Source of the DNA: Candidatus Eiseniibacteriota bacterium
GTDB taxonomy: Bacteria > Eisenbacteria > RBG-16-71-46
Assembly (NCBI GenBank): GCA_031364845.1
Contig: JANLWX010000018.1
Location: 18,247 to 82,246 of the forward strand
Length of the DNA stretch: 64,000 nt
Direction: 5' to 3'
Shown here: piece by piece, positions 17,708 through 28,045 of the stretch
Layout: the number at the start of each line of letters is the position of its first letter
Numbering within the stretch: position 1 is the stretch's first letter
Program-made: the position numbers and the translations under genes
Notes under the pieces: model-generated
Told to the model about the DNA's origin: nothing
What the model saw: the letters and a program-made list of their open reading frames with translations, nothing else
Databases searched by the model: none

Positions 17708-19570
17708 TCAGGAGCGTCCCTTCCTGCGGCCGGGACCGGCGGTGGCTGCCACCGGAGTTCCCAGCACCTGCACGCCGTCGTCCCCGCGCATCACATGCCA
17801 CTGCTGGAGCGCCGTGAGCAGATTCATCACCGTCCAGTACAACACCAGCCCGGATGGCAATTTGTAGAAGAACACCAGCATCACGACGTTCATGATGTAC
17901 ATCGTCGGCTTCTGGTCGGGCGCGGTCGGCGTCACCATCTGCTGGAGCAGCCCGCTGCCGAGCATCAGGATCGGAAGCACGTGGATCGGGAACGACGCCA
18001 CGGTGAACAGGACGTCGGGAGCCGAGAGGTCGTTGATCCACGCCACGAACGGCGCCTGCCGCAACTCGATCGCGTTGAACAGCACGTTGTAGAGCGCGAT
18101 GAACATCGGCATCTGAATCACCATCGGAAGACATCCGCCCGCCGGGTTCACCTTGTGCTCTTTATACAGCGCCATCATCCCCGCGTTCATCGCCTGCGGA
18201 TCGTTCTTGTACTTCTCCTTCAGCCGGTTCATCTCCGGCTGAAGCCGTTGCATGTTGCGCATGCTCTTCATGCTCGTGATGTTGAGCGGATGGAGCACCA
18301 CGCGGACGAGGGTCGCGAGCAGCAGGATCGCGAGACCGTAGTTCAACACCATCCCGTAGATCTTATTCAACAGCCACAGCAGTCCCTTGCTGAAGGGCAG
18401 CAGCCAGTTCCAGCCGAGGTCGACCGCGCGATCGAGCCCCAGGCCGAGCTGGGACAGGCTGAAGTACTCGCACGGCCCGACATAGACGACGAACTTGTTG
18501 AGCGGTTGCGAATCGCCCGGCAGGCCGAGCACCAGCGAATTGATGGCGACTTCGTACTGGCGTCCGGTTCCCGCCGGAAGTGCGGCGAGTTCCTGGGTGG
18601 AGAAGTCCCGGCGCTCCGCGGACGAGATGACGCTGCGCGAGGTCCCGCGCTGGACGGCGACGCTGTTCAAGAAGTACCGATTCTGGACACCCGCCCACAG
18701 CGCGTTGCCCTCGAAACGCTTCGGCTCCTTGAGCAGTTTGGCCGCGTGCTCGCGGCGGATGTTGGTGCCGACCATGCTGGTCGCGCGCAGCGCGCGGGCA
18801 TCGCTCGCGATGTCCCGCTCGGTGGTCAGCGGCCACGACCGCGTCGCGATCGAGTAGTCCGACACACGCCAACCCGCCGGCACGCCGCTCAGCTCGATGT
18901 CGTAGTCGAGCGCATAGGATCCGTCGCGCACGCGCCACGTCTGCCTCACGAACAGCCCCGAAGCTCCGCGGTGCGTGAACGTGATGGCGCGCACGGCACC
19001 CGAAGCGTCGGTACTGTCCTGGACCTCGTAGACGAGATTGCCGAGCGACTGGAGCGCGGAACCCGAACCCAGGTCCATCGCCACCAGCGGCCCGCCGGCC
19101 AGCGTCACACGGTCGCCGGGCGGAATCTCCTCGTTGCGACCGTAGATCGTGCGCTTCCCGTTGCGGGTCGTTAGGCCGTGCTCCGAGGCGTAGCGCTTGA
19201 GCTCGACCGAGACCAGCCGCGCCCCGCGATTGCTGAAATGTGCCCGGTAGAGCGGGGTTTCGACTTCGATCGCGCGTTCGAGACCAGCGCCTTCGATCCC
19301 CGCGGGCGTCGCGGCGAGTTCGGCGCCGGTTCCCGTGGAGTCCTGCCGGCCGGCGACCGGCAGGCCAGAAGCGGGCGGGGAGTCGACGACCGAAGCCACA
19401 GGCGGGGCCGCCGTGGCCTCATGCCGGGTCGTGTCGGTGACCGCGGGACGCCGGGGCGGATCCAGGTAAGGGGCAAATCCCAGCATGCGCATGACCGGCT
19501 GGTAGCCGAGAATAAATGCGATACACAGGGCGATGGCGATGATCGCTTTGCGGTCGAGCTGCTTGTCCAT
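17708..19570 (-). CDS. yidC: Membrane protein insertase YidC
   Basis: NYGLAILL, SMRNMQRLQPE, VNPAGGCLPMVIQMP, WINDLSAPD, LPSGLVLYW. Confidence 0.98.
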   Translation of the reverse strand: MDKQLDRKAIIAIALCIAFILGYQPVMRMLGFAPYLDPPRRPAVTDTTRHEATAAPPVASVVDSPPASGLPVAGRQDSTGTGAELAATPAGIEGAGLERAIEVETPLYRAHFSNRGARLVSVELKRYASEHGLTTRNGKRTIYGRNEEIPPGDRVTLAGGPLVAMDLGSGSALQSLGNLVYEVQDSTDASGAVRAITFTHRGASGLFVRQTWRVRDGSYALDYDIELSGVPAGWRVSDYSIATRSWPLTTERDIASDARALRATSMVGTNIRREHAAKLLKEPKRFEGNALWAGVQNRYFLNSVAVQRGTSRSVISSAERRDFSTQELAALPAGTGRQYEVAINSLVLGLPGDSQPLNKFVVYVGPCEYFSLSQLGLGLDRAVDLGWNWLLPFSKGLLWLLNKIYGMVLNYGLAILLLATLVRVVLHPLNITSMKSMRNMQRLQPEMNRLKEKYKNDPQAMNAGMMALYKEHKVNPAGGCLPMVIQMPMFIALYNVLFNAIELRQAPFVAWINDLSAPDVLFTVASFPIHVLPILMLGSGLLQQMVTPTAPDQKPTMYIMNVVMLVFFYKLPSGLVLYWTVMNLLTALQQWHVMRGDDGVQVLGTPVAATAGPGRRKGRS

Positions 19571-19779
19571 CAGGGCACCGGGTCGTAGCCGCTCGCACCC
19601 AGCGGATGACAGCGGGCGAGTCGGCGAAGGGTGAGAACGAGGCCGCGCGCGGCTCCGTGGCGATCGATCGCCTCGAGCGCGTACGCGGAACAGGTCGGGT
19701 GGTAGCGGCAGGCTCCGCGAGCGAATGGCCCGAGAGCGAATCGATAGCCGCGGACGAGGGCGATCGCGATGAACTTCAT
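19570..19779 (-). CDS. yidD: Membrane protein insertion efficiency factor YidD
   Basis: CRYHPTCSAYA...RCHP...GYDPVP. Confidence 0.96.
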   Translation of the reverse strand: MKFIAIALVRGYRFALGPFARGACRYHPTCSAYALEAIDRHGAARGLVLTLRRLARCHPLGASGYDPVP

Positions 19780-19846
19780 GCTCGGTTCCCGAGCCGGCGC
19801 GAAAGGGACTCTGCCGCGGGGATTCGAGACCTCATCGGCAAACAGG

Positions 19847-20230
19847 TCACGACGGAAGTTCTCCGGTCGGCTGGAGCGCCCCGGCGCTAGCGAGCACCCG
19901 TTCGATGTCGTCGGCGAGATCCTGGTGGAGAGCCGTGCCGGCGGTGCGTCGTGCGATCAGGACCAGCCAGTAGCCGGTCGCGGGCACGCGCTGCCAGCGC
20001 AGGCGCACGATCTCGCGCAGACGGCGCCGCGCGCGATTACGCTCGACCGCATTGCCGACGCCCTTCTTGCTCGTGATGAATCCGACGCGGGTCATTTCGG
20101 AGGGCTTGGCGAGCACGAGCAGCAGACAGTGCGTCCCGCGCACCGCGGCGCCGCGCTCTTTGACCTCGGCATACTCCTTCGAAGTGCGCACACGCTGCGT
20201 GGAATCGTAGCGCCGCACTCGCGGGTTCAC
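19847..20230 (-). CDS. rnpA: Ribonuclease P protein component
   Basis: RVGFITSKKGVGNAVERNRARRRLRE (RNR motif); start uncertain, GTG at 20230 chosen. Confidence 0.93.
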   Translation of the reverse strand: MNPRVRRYDSTQRVRTSKEYAEVKERGAAVRGTHCLLLVLAKPSEMTRVGFITSKKGVGNAVERNRARRRLREIVRLRWQRVPATGYWLVLIARRTAGTALHQDLADDIERVLASAGALQPTGELPS

Positions 20231-20336
20231 TGCGAACTCGCGATCGGGTACGCGGAGACTGTTCCGCCGCGGATCACCGAAGTCACGCGCGGTGGGAGTT
20301 TGAAGGGCGGTAGGCAGCAAGGTGCCGCGACCGCGG

Positions 20337-20480
20337 CTACGCCGACGAAACGGTCAGGCGCTTGCGGCCCTGGGCGCGGCGCGCCGCGAGAATCTTGCGG
20401 CCGCCCTTGGTCTTCATCCGGTGGCGGAATCCGTGAGTCTTCTTCCGGTGCCGGTTACGGGGCTGGAATGTGCGCTTCAT
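20337..20480 (-). CDS. rpmH: 50S ribosomal protein L34
   Basis: Not in the ORF track; manual translation [47 protein letters not shown] (47 aa). Confidence 0.98.
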   Translation of the reverse strand: MKRTFQPRNRHRKKTHGFRHRMKTKGGRKILAARRAQGRKRLTVSSA

Positions 20481-20623
20481 TGCGGATTATTCCTCGTTTC
20501 GACAAAGGGTTAGGCAAAGAGGCGGGAGATTAGGGGGCAGCGGGCCCCCAAGTCAAGCCGGAGGTATCCATGGTGAGGGACGGGGAGTCAGAACCCGCAG
20601 CCCTCAATCCGGAGTCAAACCCA

Positions 20624-21457
20624 CTACCGGCGAAGCGCCTCGTCCATCGAGTCCCGGAATTCGCCGAGCCGCTCGCGCTCCGTGGGCCGCATTTCGTCGA
20701 CTTCCGGGCCGCGGCCATCGTTGAACACGAACCGCCGGCGGCCTTCGTCGACCACGGACATCTCGCCGCCGCGCGCGCCGACGTCCACGTGCCCTTCGAG
20801 CACGCAGATGCAGGTGCCCTGCGGCTCGCAGATCACCGCCAGCGTCGTTCCGGTCACCGCGACATCGGCCTCCGGAGTATGGATGGCGAGCCGGGCGCCT
20901 TTGAAACGCGGTCCGGTGGTGATTCGAAGCTGCCCCCCGGCCAGCGTGGCCGAAACGCCGCGACCGAACCACCGGCCGGGGCTCGCCGGCATCTCCACAT
21001 CGGTGCCCGCCATCAGCACGATCGCCAGATTTCCGGGTGCCATCACTTCCACGGTGGCGCCGGGCGGAACCCGAACCCTCGCCCCCGGCAGGAGTGCTGC
21101 GGCCAGCTGCTCGGAGTGCTCGAGGGGTATCGGTAGGTTTCCGACCACGATGATCCCCGACCCCGAAACGTCTTTCACCTGCCACGCCGGGCCGCGGTTC
21201 AGCCCGATCGCGGTCACCGCGATCAGCGTGGCCGCGGCGGCCCACGCCAGCGGCGGTACCCACCGCGCCGGAAACCGGAACACGCCCGGCACCTCGCGCA
21301 CGCGGGAACGATCGAGCCCGCTCGAGATGGAGCCCGTCATGAACTCCGTCTGCAGCCGATCCCGGAATGCGCTCGACGCCCCGCGCATGCGGAGGCCGCG
21401 AACCGCGGCTGCCGCCTCGCGCTCTTCGGGAGTCAGGACGTCGATGTCGTCGATCAT
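20624..21457 (-). CDS. Putative anti-sigma factor, single TM plus FecR-like domain
   Basis: TM WAAAATLIAVTAIGL, IHTPEADVAVTGT and VLEGHVDV FecR-like motifs; directly downstream of the ECF sigma. Confidence 0.75.
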   Translation of the reverse strand: MIDDIDVLTPEEREAAAAVRGLRMRGASSAFRDRLQTEFMTGSISSGLDRSRVREVPGVFRFPARWVPPLAWAAAATLIAVTAIGLNRGPAWQVKDVSGSGIIVVGNLPIPLEHSEQLAAALLPGARVRVPPGATVEVMAPGNLAIVLMAGTDVEMPASPGRWFGRGVSATLAGGQLRITTGPRFKGARLAIHTPEADVAVTGTTLAVICEPQGTCICVLEGHVDVGARGGEMSVVDEGRRRFVFNDGRGPEVDEMRPTERERLGEFRDSMDEALRR

Positions 21458-21512
21458 CGTGGTCTTCCCGTGGCGGGCCCAGAGGCCATGATCGTGTTGC
21501 CGTAGAAGGCGC

Positions 21513-22193
21513 TCATCCGAGCGATTCCTTCAGCAATTTCGCGAGTGCGGCCAGTGCCCGTGAATAGCGCTTGCGCGCCGCCGCGTGTTCGATGCCCAGC
21601 AACTCGGCGATTTCCTGATGGCTCATTCCCTGGTACTCGTACAATAGAACCGGCGTTCGCAGCGCCTCCGGCAACTCCGCGAGGGCTGTGCGCACCAGCC
21701 GCTCGCGCTCGTTCATCAACGCATCCTGCTCGGGATCGTTCGCGGTGCTCGCGAGCGGCTCGACGATCGCCTCGTCGTCGATCGACCGGCTCTTGCCCGA
21801 CATGCGGTGGGCGCTCGAGCGCCACAGATCGCGGCAGGCGTTGTAGGCAATGGCCGTGAGCCATGGCCCGGGATCGCGCGCGGGATCGATCTGATGCGCT
21901 GCGCGGTACACCTTGAAGAACACCTCCTGAGTCACGTCCTCGGCCGCGGTGCGGTCGCCCAGCAACCGCAGGACGAGCCCGAACACCCGGTCGAAGTAGT
22001 ACTCGAAGAATTCCGCCATCGCTTGCGGCTCATGCTGGCGGACTCCGTCGATCACGACGCGCGGAGGCGGCGGGAGACTTCCCGGGGCCCGTAGCTCTCG
22101 CTCCACAGGAGTCGGGGAGCCCGAACCGCCCGTCGCCACGTTCCCAACTACGCGGGAATCGGGCGGATGTGTCGGAGGAATCTCGTCGGACAC
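21513..22193 (-). CDS. ECF RNA polymerase sigma-70 factor
   Basis: AEDVTQEVF, WLTAIAYNACRD (region 2); GMSHQEIAELLGI (region 4). Confidence 0.93.
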   Translation of the reverse strand: MSDEIPPTHPPDSRVVGNVATGGSGSPTPVERELRAPGSLPPPPRVVIDGVRQHEPQAMAEFFEYYFDRVFGLVLRLLGDRTAAEDVTQEVFFKVYRAAHQIDPARDPGPWLTAIAYNACRDLWRSSAHRMSGKSRSIDDEAIVEPLASTANDPEQDALMNERERLVRTALAELPEALRTPVLLYEYQGMSHQEIAELLGIEHAAARKRYSRALAALAKLLKESLG

Positions 22194-22330
22194 GAAGCCT
22201 CGGAATCGGTGACGGCTGGAATCGGGACGCGGGCAACGCGTTGGAGCGGCCGGCGACCGGTTGCGCAGCGGAGTATGTCACACGCTGCGCGAAAGTGGAG
22301 CACCCGCGAGCCGGCCGAGTCTTGGCCCGA

Positions 22331-23992
22331 TCAGGCCGCTTTGCGCTCCGTCGCTTCCAGGAGCGCGGTGGCGGAGAATGCCGGATGGACGGCGATCGGC
22401 GCCGTCGCATCGGCCGGAATTTCCGCGTCGTTGGCCAGCGTCAGCGGCAGTCGCACCCAGAAGCGGCTGCCATCGCCGGGCGTGCTGTTCACCCCCACGT
22501 GTCCCCCGTGGAGTTCGGTGATGCGCTTCACCAGATGGAGCCCGATCCCGATACCGGCATTCGGTTGCTCGCTCGGCGTCACGCCCTGCCCGAACAGCTC
22601 GAAGATGTGCGTCGCTTCCTCGGGCTTGATTCCCGGGCCCTGATCGCTGACCTCGATGCGGACGCAGCGGGGCTCGCGATCGGTCGTCACCGTGATCGTG
22701 CTGCGCTCGGGACTGAACTTGATCGCGTTCACGATCAAATTGACGATCACCTGCCGGAGCTTCACTTCGTCGATCGACAACGCCGGCAGCTCGCCGTGGA
22801 ACTCCTCGCGAATCTTGATCCGGGCGCGAGCCGCAAGCGGAGCCGACGTCTCCACCGCGCCGTGCGCCACCTCGTTCACCGACAGCATCGCGCGCTTGAG
22901 CGTGAACTTGCCGCCCTCGAGCTTCGACAGATCGAGAATGTCGTCGATCAGCCCGAGCAGCCGCTCCGCTTCGCCGCGGAGCCGGTTCAGGAACTCGGTA
23001 CGCTGAGCCTTGGTCAGATCCTTCCGGTTCTCGTCGAGCAATTCGGCATACGCGATCACCGACGTCAGCGGCGTCTTGAGTTCGTGGCTCGCGGTCGAGA
23101 GGAACAGATCCTTCATGCGGTTGGTCTCCGCGAGCTGCTCGTTCACGACTTCGAGCTCGCGCGAGCGGGAGCCGAGGCGCTCCATGGTCTCCGCGCGCTC
23201 GATCACCGCACCCACGTGTTCCGCGAACAGATTGAGCATGTCGCGGTGCCGCTCCTGGAACGGCTCGGGATGATTGATGCGGTTCACGTTCAGAACCCCC
23301 ACACAGCGCTCGCCGAATCGCAGCGGCATCGACAGGGCCGAGGTGATGTTGCGGTCGTTCTTGAAGTGGATGCCGAGCCGGTCGCGCGTCTTGTCGTCGA
23401 GCAGAATTCCCTTCTCCTGCTGTGCAACCCAGCCGGCGATGCCCTCGCCGAGCTTCTTCTTCGCATTGCGCGCGAACTCGCTCTCGAGGCCGTATGAAGC
23501 GCGCGTCTCGAGATCGCGCGTCTCGGGGTTGTAGATCATGATCGATGCCTGCTGCGCCTTGAGCGTCGAAACCACGCGGCGCACGATGATCTCGAGGATC
23601 ATGTCGAGGCCCAGGTGCAGATTGAGCGTGGTCGAAACCTGGAACAGCGCGGACAGCTCCGAAAGCCGCGTGCGCACGTCCTCGGAATCGATTTCCTCCT
23701 GCTCCATGCGGCGCCGCAGGGCGTTGAGTTCGCGATGCCGCAGCGCGGTGAACAGGCACAGCAGGAGCACCAGGCCCGACAGTCCCACCATCGAGTAGTA
23801 GGCCTGCCCGAACATCTCGGGCGACAGTTCGGCGCCGGACTCGCGAACCAGCGGCAGGTAGAGGATCGCCACCGCGGCGGTGAGCCCGACCAGCACCAGA
23901 CAGGTCACGGCCCACAGCACCCAGCCCTTGCGAACCAGCCGTTCGCCACGGTCGTGGGAGGAACTCTGCTGCCGGGAATCGTTTCGGTGCAC
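22331..23992 (-). CDS. Membrane GAF-sensor histidine kinase
   Basis: Two TM, GAF (GEGIAGWVA, GVLNV), SHELKTPLTS H-box, NLIVNAIKF, DQGPGI, GIGIGL. Confidence 0.95.
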   Translation of the reverse strand: MHRNDSRQQSSSHDRGERLVRKGWVLWAVTCLVLVGLTAAVAILYLPLVRESGAELSPEMFGQAYYSMVGLSGLVLLLCLFTALRHRELNALRRRMEQEEIDSEDVRTRLSELSALFQVSTTLNLHLGLDMILEIIVRRVVSTLKAQQASIMIYNPETRDLETRASYGLESEFARNAKKKLGEGIAGWVAQQEKGILLDDKTRDRLGIHFKNDRNITSALSMPLRFGERCVGVLNVNRINHPEPFQERHRDMLNLFAEHVGAVIERAETMERLGSRSRELEVVNEQLAETNRMKDLFLSTASHELKTPLTSVIAYAELLDENRKDLTKAQRTEFLNRLRGEAERLLGLIDDILDLSKLEGGKFTLKRAMLSVNEVAHGAVETSAPLAARARIKIREEFHGELPALSIDEVKLRQVIVNLIVNAIKFSPERSTITVTTDREPRCVRIEVSDQGPGIKPEEATHIFELFGQGVTPSEQPNAGIGIGLHLVKRITELHGGHVGVNSTPGDGSRFWVRLPLTLANDAEIPADATAPIAVHPAFSATALLEATERKAA

Positions 23993-24183
23993 CGTGGAGC
24001 CTCCAGATGTAGGGCCGGGATCGGCCTACGGCGTTATCGGCCGTTCGCGGGCCGGGCGTGAGCGGCCTCACGTGACGGGCCGGGCGGGAGCGGCCCGCGG
24101 TATCGATCCATCGGAGGACCCGGCCCGCGCCGAACGGCCTCTGGCTCGCCCGAAACGCGGACCTCCTGTTAGATTGCGCGTCC

Positions 24184-26271
24184 GTGACGCACTCCCCGCA
24201 ATTCCCGCGCCTGCCGTGGGCTGCACTCGCCGTGGCATTTCTCGCGCTGACCGGGCTCTACTGGGACGCGATCCACACGCCGTTTCTGAACGACGACTTC
24301 CTGTTCCTCGAGGAAGCACGCACCCGTTCGCTTTCAGCTTCGCTGAGCGACCTCGGCTCGCTCGGCAACTATTTCCGGCCGCTCTCCCGCCAGATCTACT
24401 TCGCGGTCCTGACGCCGATCGCGAACGGCCATCCGCTCGTGTTCCATCTGGTGAACTACGCGCTGTTTCTCGGCGCGCTCGTGCTGGTCGCCGATCTGCT
24501 CGCGAGCCTGATGCCGCGCGCGGGCGTGCTCGCCGGTACGATCTATTTCGCGCTGCTTCCGCTTCAGCGCGTGAATCTGATGTGGGTGTCGTGCAGCCAG
24601 GATCTCCTGGCACTCGCCGGAGCACTCGGGGCGCTCGCATTGCATCGCCGCGACCGCATACTGCCGGCGCTCGCGTGTGCGGCGGTGGCCTTCACAAGCA
24701 AGGAGACCGCACTCGCGTTGCCGCTCGGCCTCGCGGCGTGGGATCGCTTCGTCGCCGGGCGCGAAACGCGCGACGTCGTGCGACGCGTCGCCCCGGTGAC
24801 CGTGCTCGCGCTGGTGTGGACGGCGATCGCGTTCACGATGCGCGCCCGCCACGCGGCCGCCCAGCCGCTCGACTTCCACCCGCTCGCCTTCGCGGCCGGG
24901 TTCGCTCATCTGTTCCAGAGTCTGCTCGGCCTCGAACACCCGTCCGGGTTCGGCGCCGCACTCGCCGCGAACGGACCGGCGTTGCTGCCGCTCGTGATTC
25001 TCGCTTCGCTGGCGCTCTTCTATGCGCCTCGGCGATCGGGCGCATCGGCGGAGACGCAGACGGCCGCGGGGACCGCGACGGTGCCCGGCCCGGTCCGCGC
25101 AGAGGCGTCGCCGGGCGCGCGTCGCGGGCTCGTCACATTCGCCGTGCTGTGGCTCATCGCGTTTGCGATCCCCGCCGGTCCCGTCGCTTCGGGTTGGAGT
25201 TCCTACTACTACACGCTAGCGGCCGTGGGTGCGGCTCTGCTGTTCGGTCTCGCTTTTTCGCGCGGCGATCGATGGACGTGGTTCGCGCTCACCGCAGGGC
25301 TCCTGTGGTGGCATGCGGCGGGCTCGAACTCGCAGGCGTTCGCCGTCAGCGAGCGTCGCTGGGTGTGGACGTCGCACCTCACGCCGTTCTATTTCCAGCG
25401 CGCTGCGTTGCTCACCGACTCGCTCTCGCGCGAATTGCGCCGCGTGGTTCCCGACCCCGAACCGCACACGCGCTTCTTCTTCGCGTCCCTGCCCCCCTGG
25501 GCCGGATTTCAGATGGGCAACGGCGCCCTGATCCGCTCGCTCTATCGCGACACGACGCTCGCGTCCCACTTCTACTCGCAGTTCTCCGACTCGACCGCGG
25601 GCGATCTGCCGGCGCGGTTCCTGTTCTGGGACGGGCGGAAGCTGATCTCACTCTATGAGAAGACGCGCGATCCCTGGTTCCAGGTCGGTAGCGACCTGCT
25701 GCTGCTCGATCGTCCGGCCGGCGCGCGGCACGCATTCCTGCGCGGCCTGAGCTCGGGCGGCGAACGCATGGACCTGCTCTACTGGCTCGGCTGGGCCGAA
25801 TTGTGGACCGGCCGTCGCGATCGCGCCGAGGCGACCTGGACGATGTTCGGAGCCATCGACGACTCGCTGGCGTGGAGGGCGCATCTGCGCGCGGCGCACA
25901 ATTCGCTCGTCGAGCGCGACACGCTCGAATCGCGCCGCCATCTGATCAGTGCGATCGAGTACGGCATGGGGCGTCCCGATGCGCACGCAGTGCTCGGCGA
26001 GTTGATCATGAACTCTCCGCACTCGCCGAACCTCAAGTACGGGCTCATGGAATTGAAGGTCGCCGCCTGGCTCAACCCGAAAGACTGGTGGGCGCGACGG
26101 CAACTCGCGGCCGGCCTCGCGCGCGTGCGTCTCGACGACGCCTCGCGCGCCGAACTGGAATCGCTGGTGCGCGATCATCCGGAGGCCGCGAACGACACGA
26201 CCGTGGCGCGACTGTGGAATCGCTACCGCGCACGCGCGACGCAGGTCATCGAGATGAACGGAGGACGTTGA
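24184..26271 (+). CDS. Polytopic membrane protein, GT-C glycosyltransferase-like, with C-terminal TPR-like region
   Basis: PFLNDDFLFL...NYFRPL, FHLVN, SKE motifs and many TMs; helical C-terminal region. Confidence 0.6.
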   Translation: MTHSPQFPRLPWAALAVAFLALTGLYWDAIHTPFLNDDFLFLEEARTRSLSASLSDLGSLGNYFRPLSRQIYFAVLTPIANGHPLVFHLVNYALFLGALVLVADLLASLMPRAGVLAGTIYFALLPLQRVNLMWVSCSQDLLALAGALGALALHRRDRILPALACAAVAFTSKETALALPLGLAAWDRFVAGRETRDVVRRVAPVTVLALVWTAIAFTMRARHAAAQPLDFHPLAFAAGFAHLFQSLLGLEHPSGFGAALAANGPALLPLVILASLALFYAPRRSGASAETQTAAGTATVPGPVRAEASPGARRGLVTFAVLWLIAFAIPAGPVASGWSSYYYTLAAVGAALLFGLAFSRGDRWTWFALTAGLLWWHAAGSNSQAFAVSERRWVWTSHLTPFYFQRAALLTDSLSRELRRVVPDPEPHTRFFFASLPPWAGFQMGNGALIRSLYRDTTLASHFYSQFSDSTAGDLPARFLFWDGRKLISLYEKTRDPWFQVGSDLLLLDRPAGARHAFLRGLSSGGERMDLLYWLGWAELWTGRRDRAEATWTMFGAIDDSLAWRAHLRAAHNSLVERDTLESRRHLISAIEYGMGRPDAHAVLGELIMNSPHSPNLKYGLMELKVAAWLNPKDWWARRQLAAGLARVRLDDASRAELESLVRDHPEAANDTTVARLWNRYRARATQVIEMNGGR

Positions 26272-27287
26272 TGGACACCCGATCGTGCGGACGCGTGGTC
26301 ATCGAATCCTTCGAGAGCGCCGCACTCGCCGGCAACACCGCGGCCGATCCGGCGCTGCGCCGTGTCCCGGTCTACCTGCCGCCGTCATACGACGCGAACG
26401 GCTCGCGGCGTTATCCGGTGCTCTACGTCCTCACCGGCTTCATGGGACGCGGACGCATGCTGCTCAACGACTCACCGTGGTCGCCGTCGCTCGACGATCG
26501 CATGGACGATCTGATCGCTCGCGGCGCGTGCGACGAAATGATCCTCGTGATGCCCGACTGCTTCACGCGCTTCGGCGGCTCGCAGTATCTCAATTCGAGC
26601 GCCACCGGCCGCTACGAAGATCATCTCCTCCACGAACTCGTCCCGCACATCGACGCGCGCTATCGCACGCGCGCCGACCGCGCGCATCGGGGCCTGGTGG
26701 GCAAGTCGTCGGGCGGCTACGGGGCGCTGCGGCTCGGCATGCGGCATCCGGAAGTGTTCGGGGCGCTCGCCTGCCACAGCGGTGATCTGTACTTCGACTA
26801 TTGCTATCGCGGCGACATCGCCCCCGCGTGCGCTGCGCTTCAGCGCTCGGGCGGGCTCGAGCCGTGGCTCACGGCGTTCGAAGCGAAGCGGCAGAAGAAG
26901 CACGAGGACTTTCTCGTGCTGAACGTGCTTGGCATGGCGGCGGCCTACTCGCCCAACCCCGCAACACAGCCATTCGGTTTCGATCTGCCGTGCGATCTCG
27001 AGACGGGAGCGTTTCGCAACGACGTGTGGCAGCGCTGGCTCGCGAACGATCCGCTCGCACTGCTCGATGCTCACGCGGACGCCCTGCGCGCCATGTCGCT
27101 CGTCTATCTCGACTGCGGAATCCGCGACGAGTGGAACCTGCATCTCGGCGCCCGCATGTTCGCGCGGCGTCTGACCGCACTCGGCATCGCCCACGAACAC
27201 CAGGAATACGACGACGGCCACATGGGCGTGAGCTACCGGTACGACGTGAGCCTGCCGCGCATCGCGCGCGCGCTGTCGTCCGCATGA
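26271..27287 (+). CDS. Alpha/beta-hydrolase (enterochelin-esterase-like putative esterase)
   Basis: VYLPPSY, RYPVLY, GKSSGGYG nucleophile elbow, DCGIRDE, EYDDGH. Confidence 0.88.
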   Translation: MDTRSCGRVVIESFESAALAGNTAADPALRRVPVYLPPSYDANGSRRYPVLYVLTGFMGRGRMLLNDSPWSPSLDDRMDDLIARGACDEMILVMPDCFTRFGGSQYLNSSATGRYEDHLLHELVPHIDARYRTRADRAHRGLVGKSSGGYGALRLGMRHPEVFGALACHSGDLYFDYCYRGDIAPACAALQRSGGLEPWLTAFEAKRQKKHEDFLVLNVLGMAAAYSPNPATQPFGFDLPCDLETGAFRNDVWQRWLANDPLALLDAHADALRAMSLVYLDCGIRDEWNLHLGARMFARRLTALGIAHEHQEYDDGHMGVSYRYDVSLPRIARALSSA

Positions 27288-28045
27288 CCCGCGCACCGAT
27301 CGCCGGGGCACCGCCGCTGGTGGTGCGCGGTCTCGTACGCCGCTACGGGGAGTTCACCGCGGTCGACGCGCTCGACCTCGACGTGCGCCCGGGCGAGATC
27401 CTCGGATTTCTCGGCCCCAACGGCGCGGGCAAGACCACCACGATCAAGTGCTGCGCCGGATTGTTGCCCGCCCATGCCGGCACGATCGAGATCGCGGGCT
27501 ACCCGCTCGCGCGCCATCCGATGCTAGCGCGCGCATCGTTCGGGTACGTCCCCGATCGGCCGTTCTTCTACGAACGCCTTAGCGCGCGCGAGTTCATCGA
27601 GTTCATCGCGGCACTCTACGATGTGCCGGGCGACGTGGCCGGTCCGCGCGCGCAGGAACTGTTCGAGCGGCTCGATCTGCTCGATGCCGCCGACGACCTC
27701 ATCGAAACCTACTCGCACGGCATGCGCCAGAAGGTCTCGCTCGCCGCCGCTCTGATCCACGATCCCGCGCTGCTGATGCTCGATGAGCCGATCACCGGTC
27801 TCGACCCTCACGGCGCGCGCATGTTGAAGGATCTGTTGCGCGAACGCGCCTCGCGCGGCCTCGGCGTTCTCGTATCGACGCACCTGCTGGACGTCGCCGA
27901 GCGCCTGTGCGATCGCGTCGTGATCCTCGATCACGGCGTGAAACGCGCCGAGGGAACCCTCGCCGAGCTGCGTGGCACCGACGCCGCGGCGACGCTCGAG
28001 GACGTGTTCCTGGCACTGACCCGCGACGACGCGCCGGAAGCATGA
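27284..28045 (+). CDS. ABC transporter ATP-binding protein
   Basis: GPNGAGKTT, YSHGMRQK, MLDEP, STH. Confidence 0.95.
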   Translation: MTRAPIAGAPPLVVRGLVRRYGEFTAVDALDLDVRPGEILGFLGPNGAGKTTTIKCCAGLLPAHAGTIEIAGYPLARHPMLARASFGYVPDRPFFYERLSAREFIEFIAALYDVPGDVAGPRAQELFERLDLLDAADDLIETYSHGMRQKVSLAAALIHDPALLMLDEPITGLDPHGARMLKDLLRERASRGLGVLVSTHLLDVAERLCDRVVILDHGVKRAEGTLAELRGTDAAATLEDVFLALTRDDAPEA

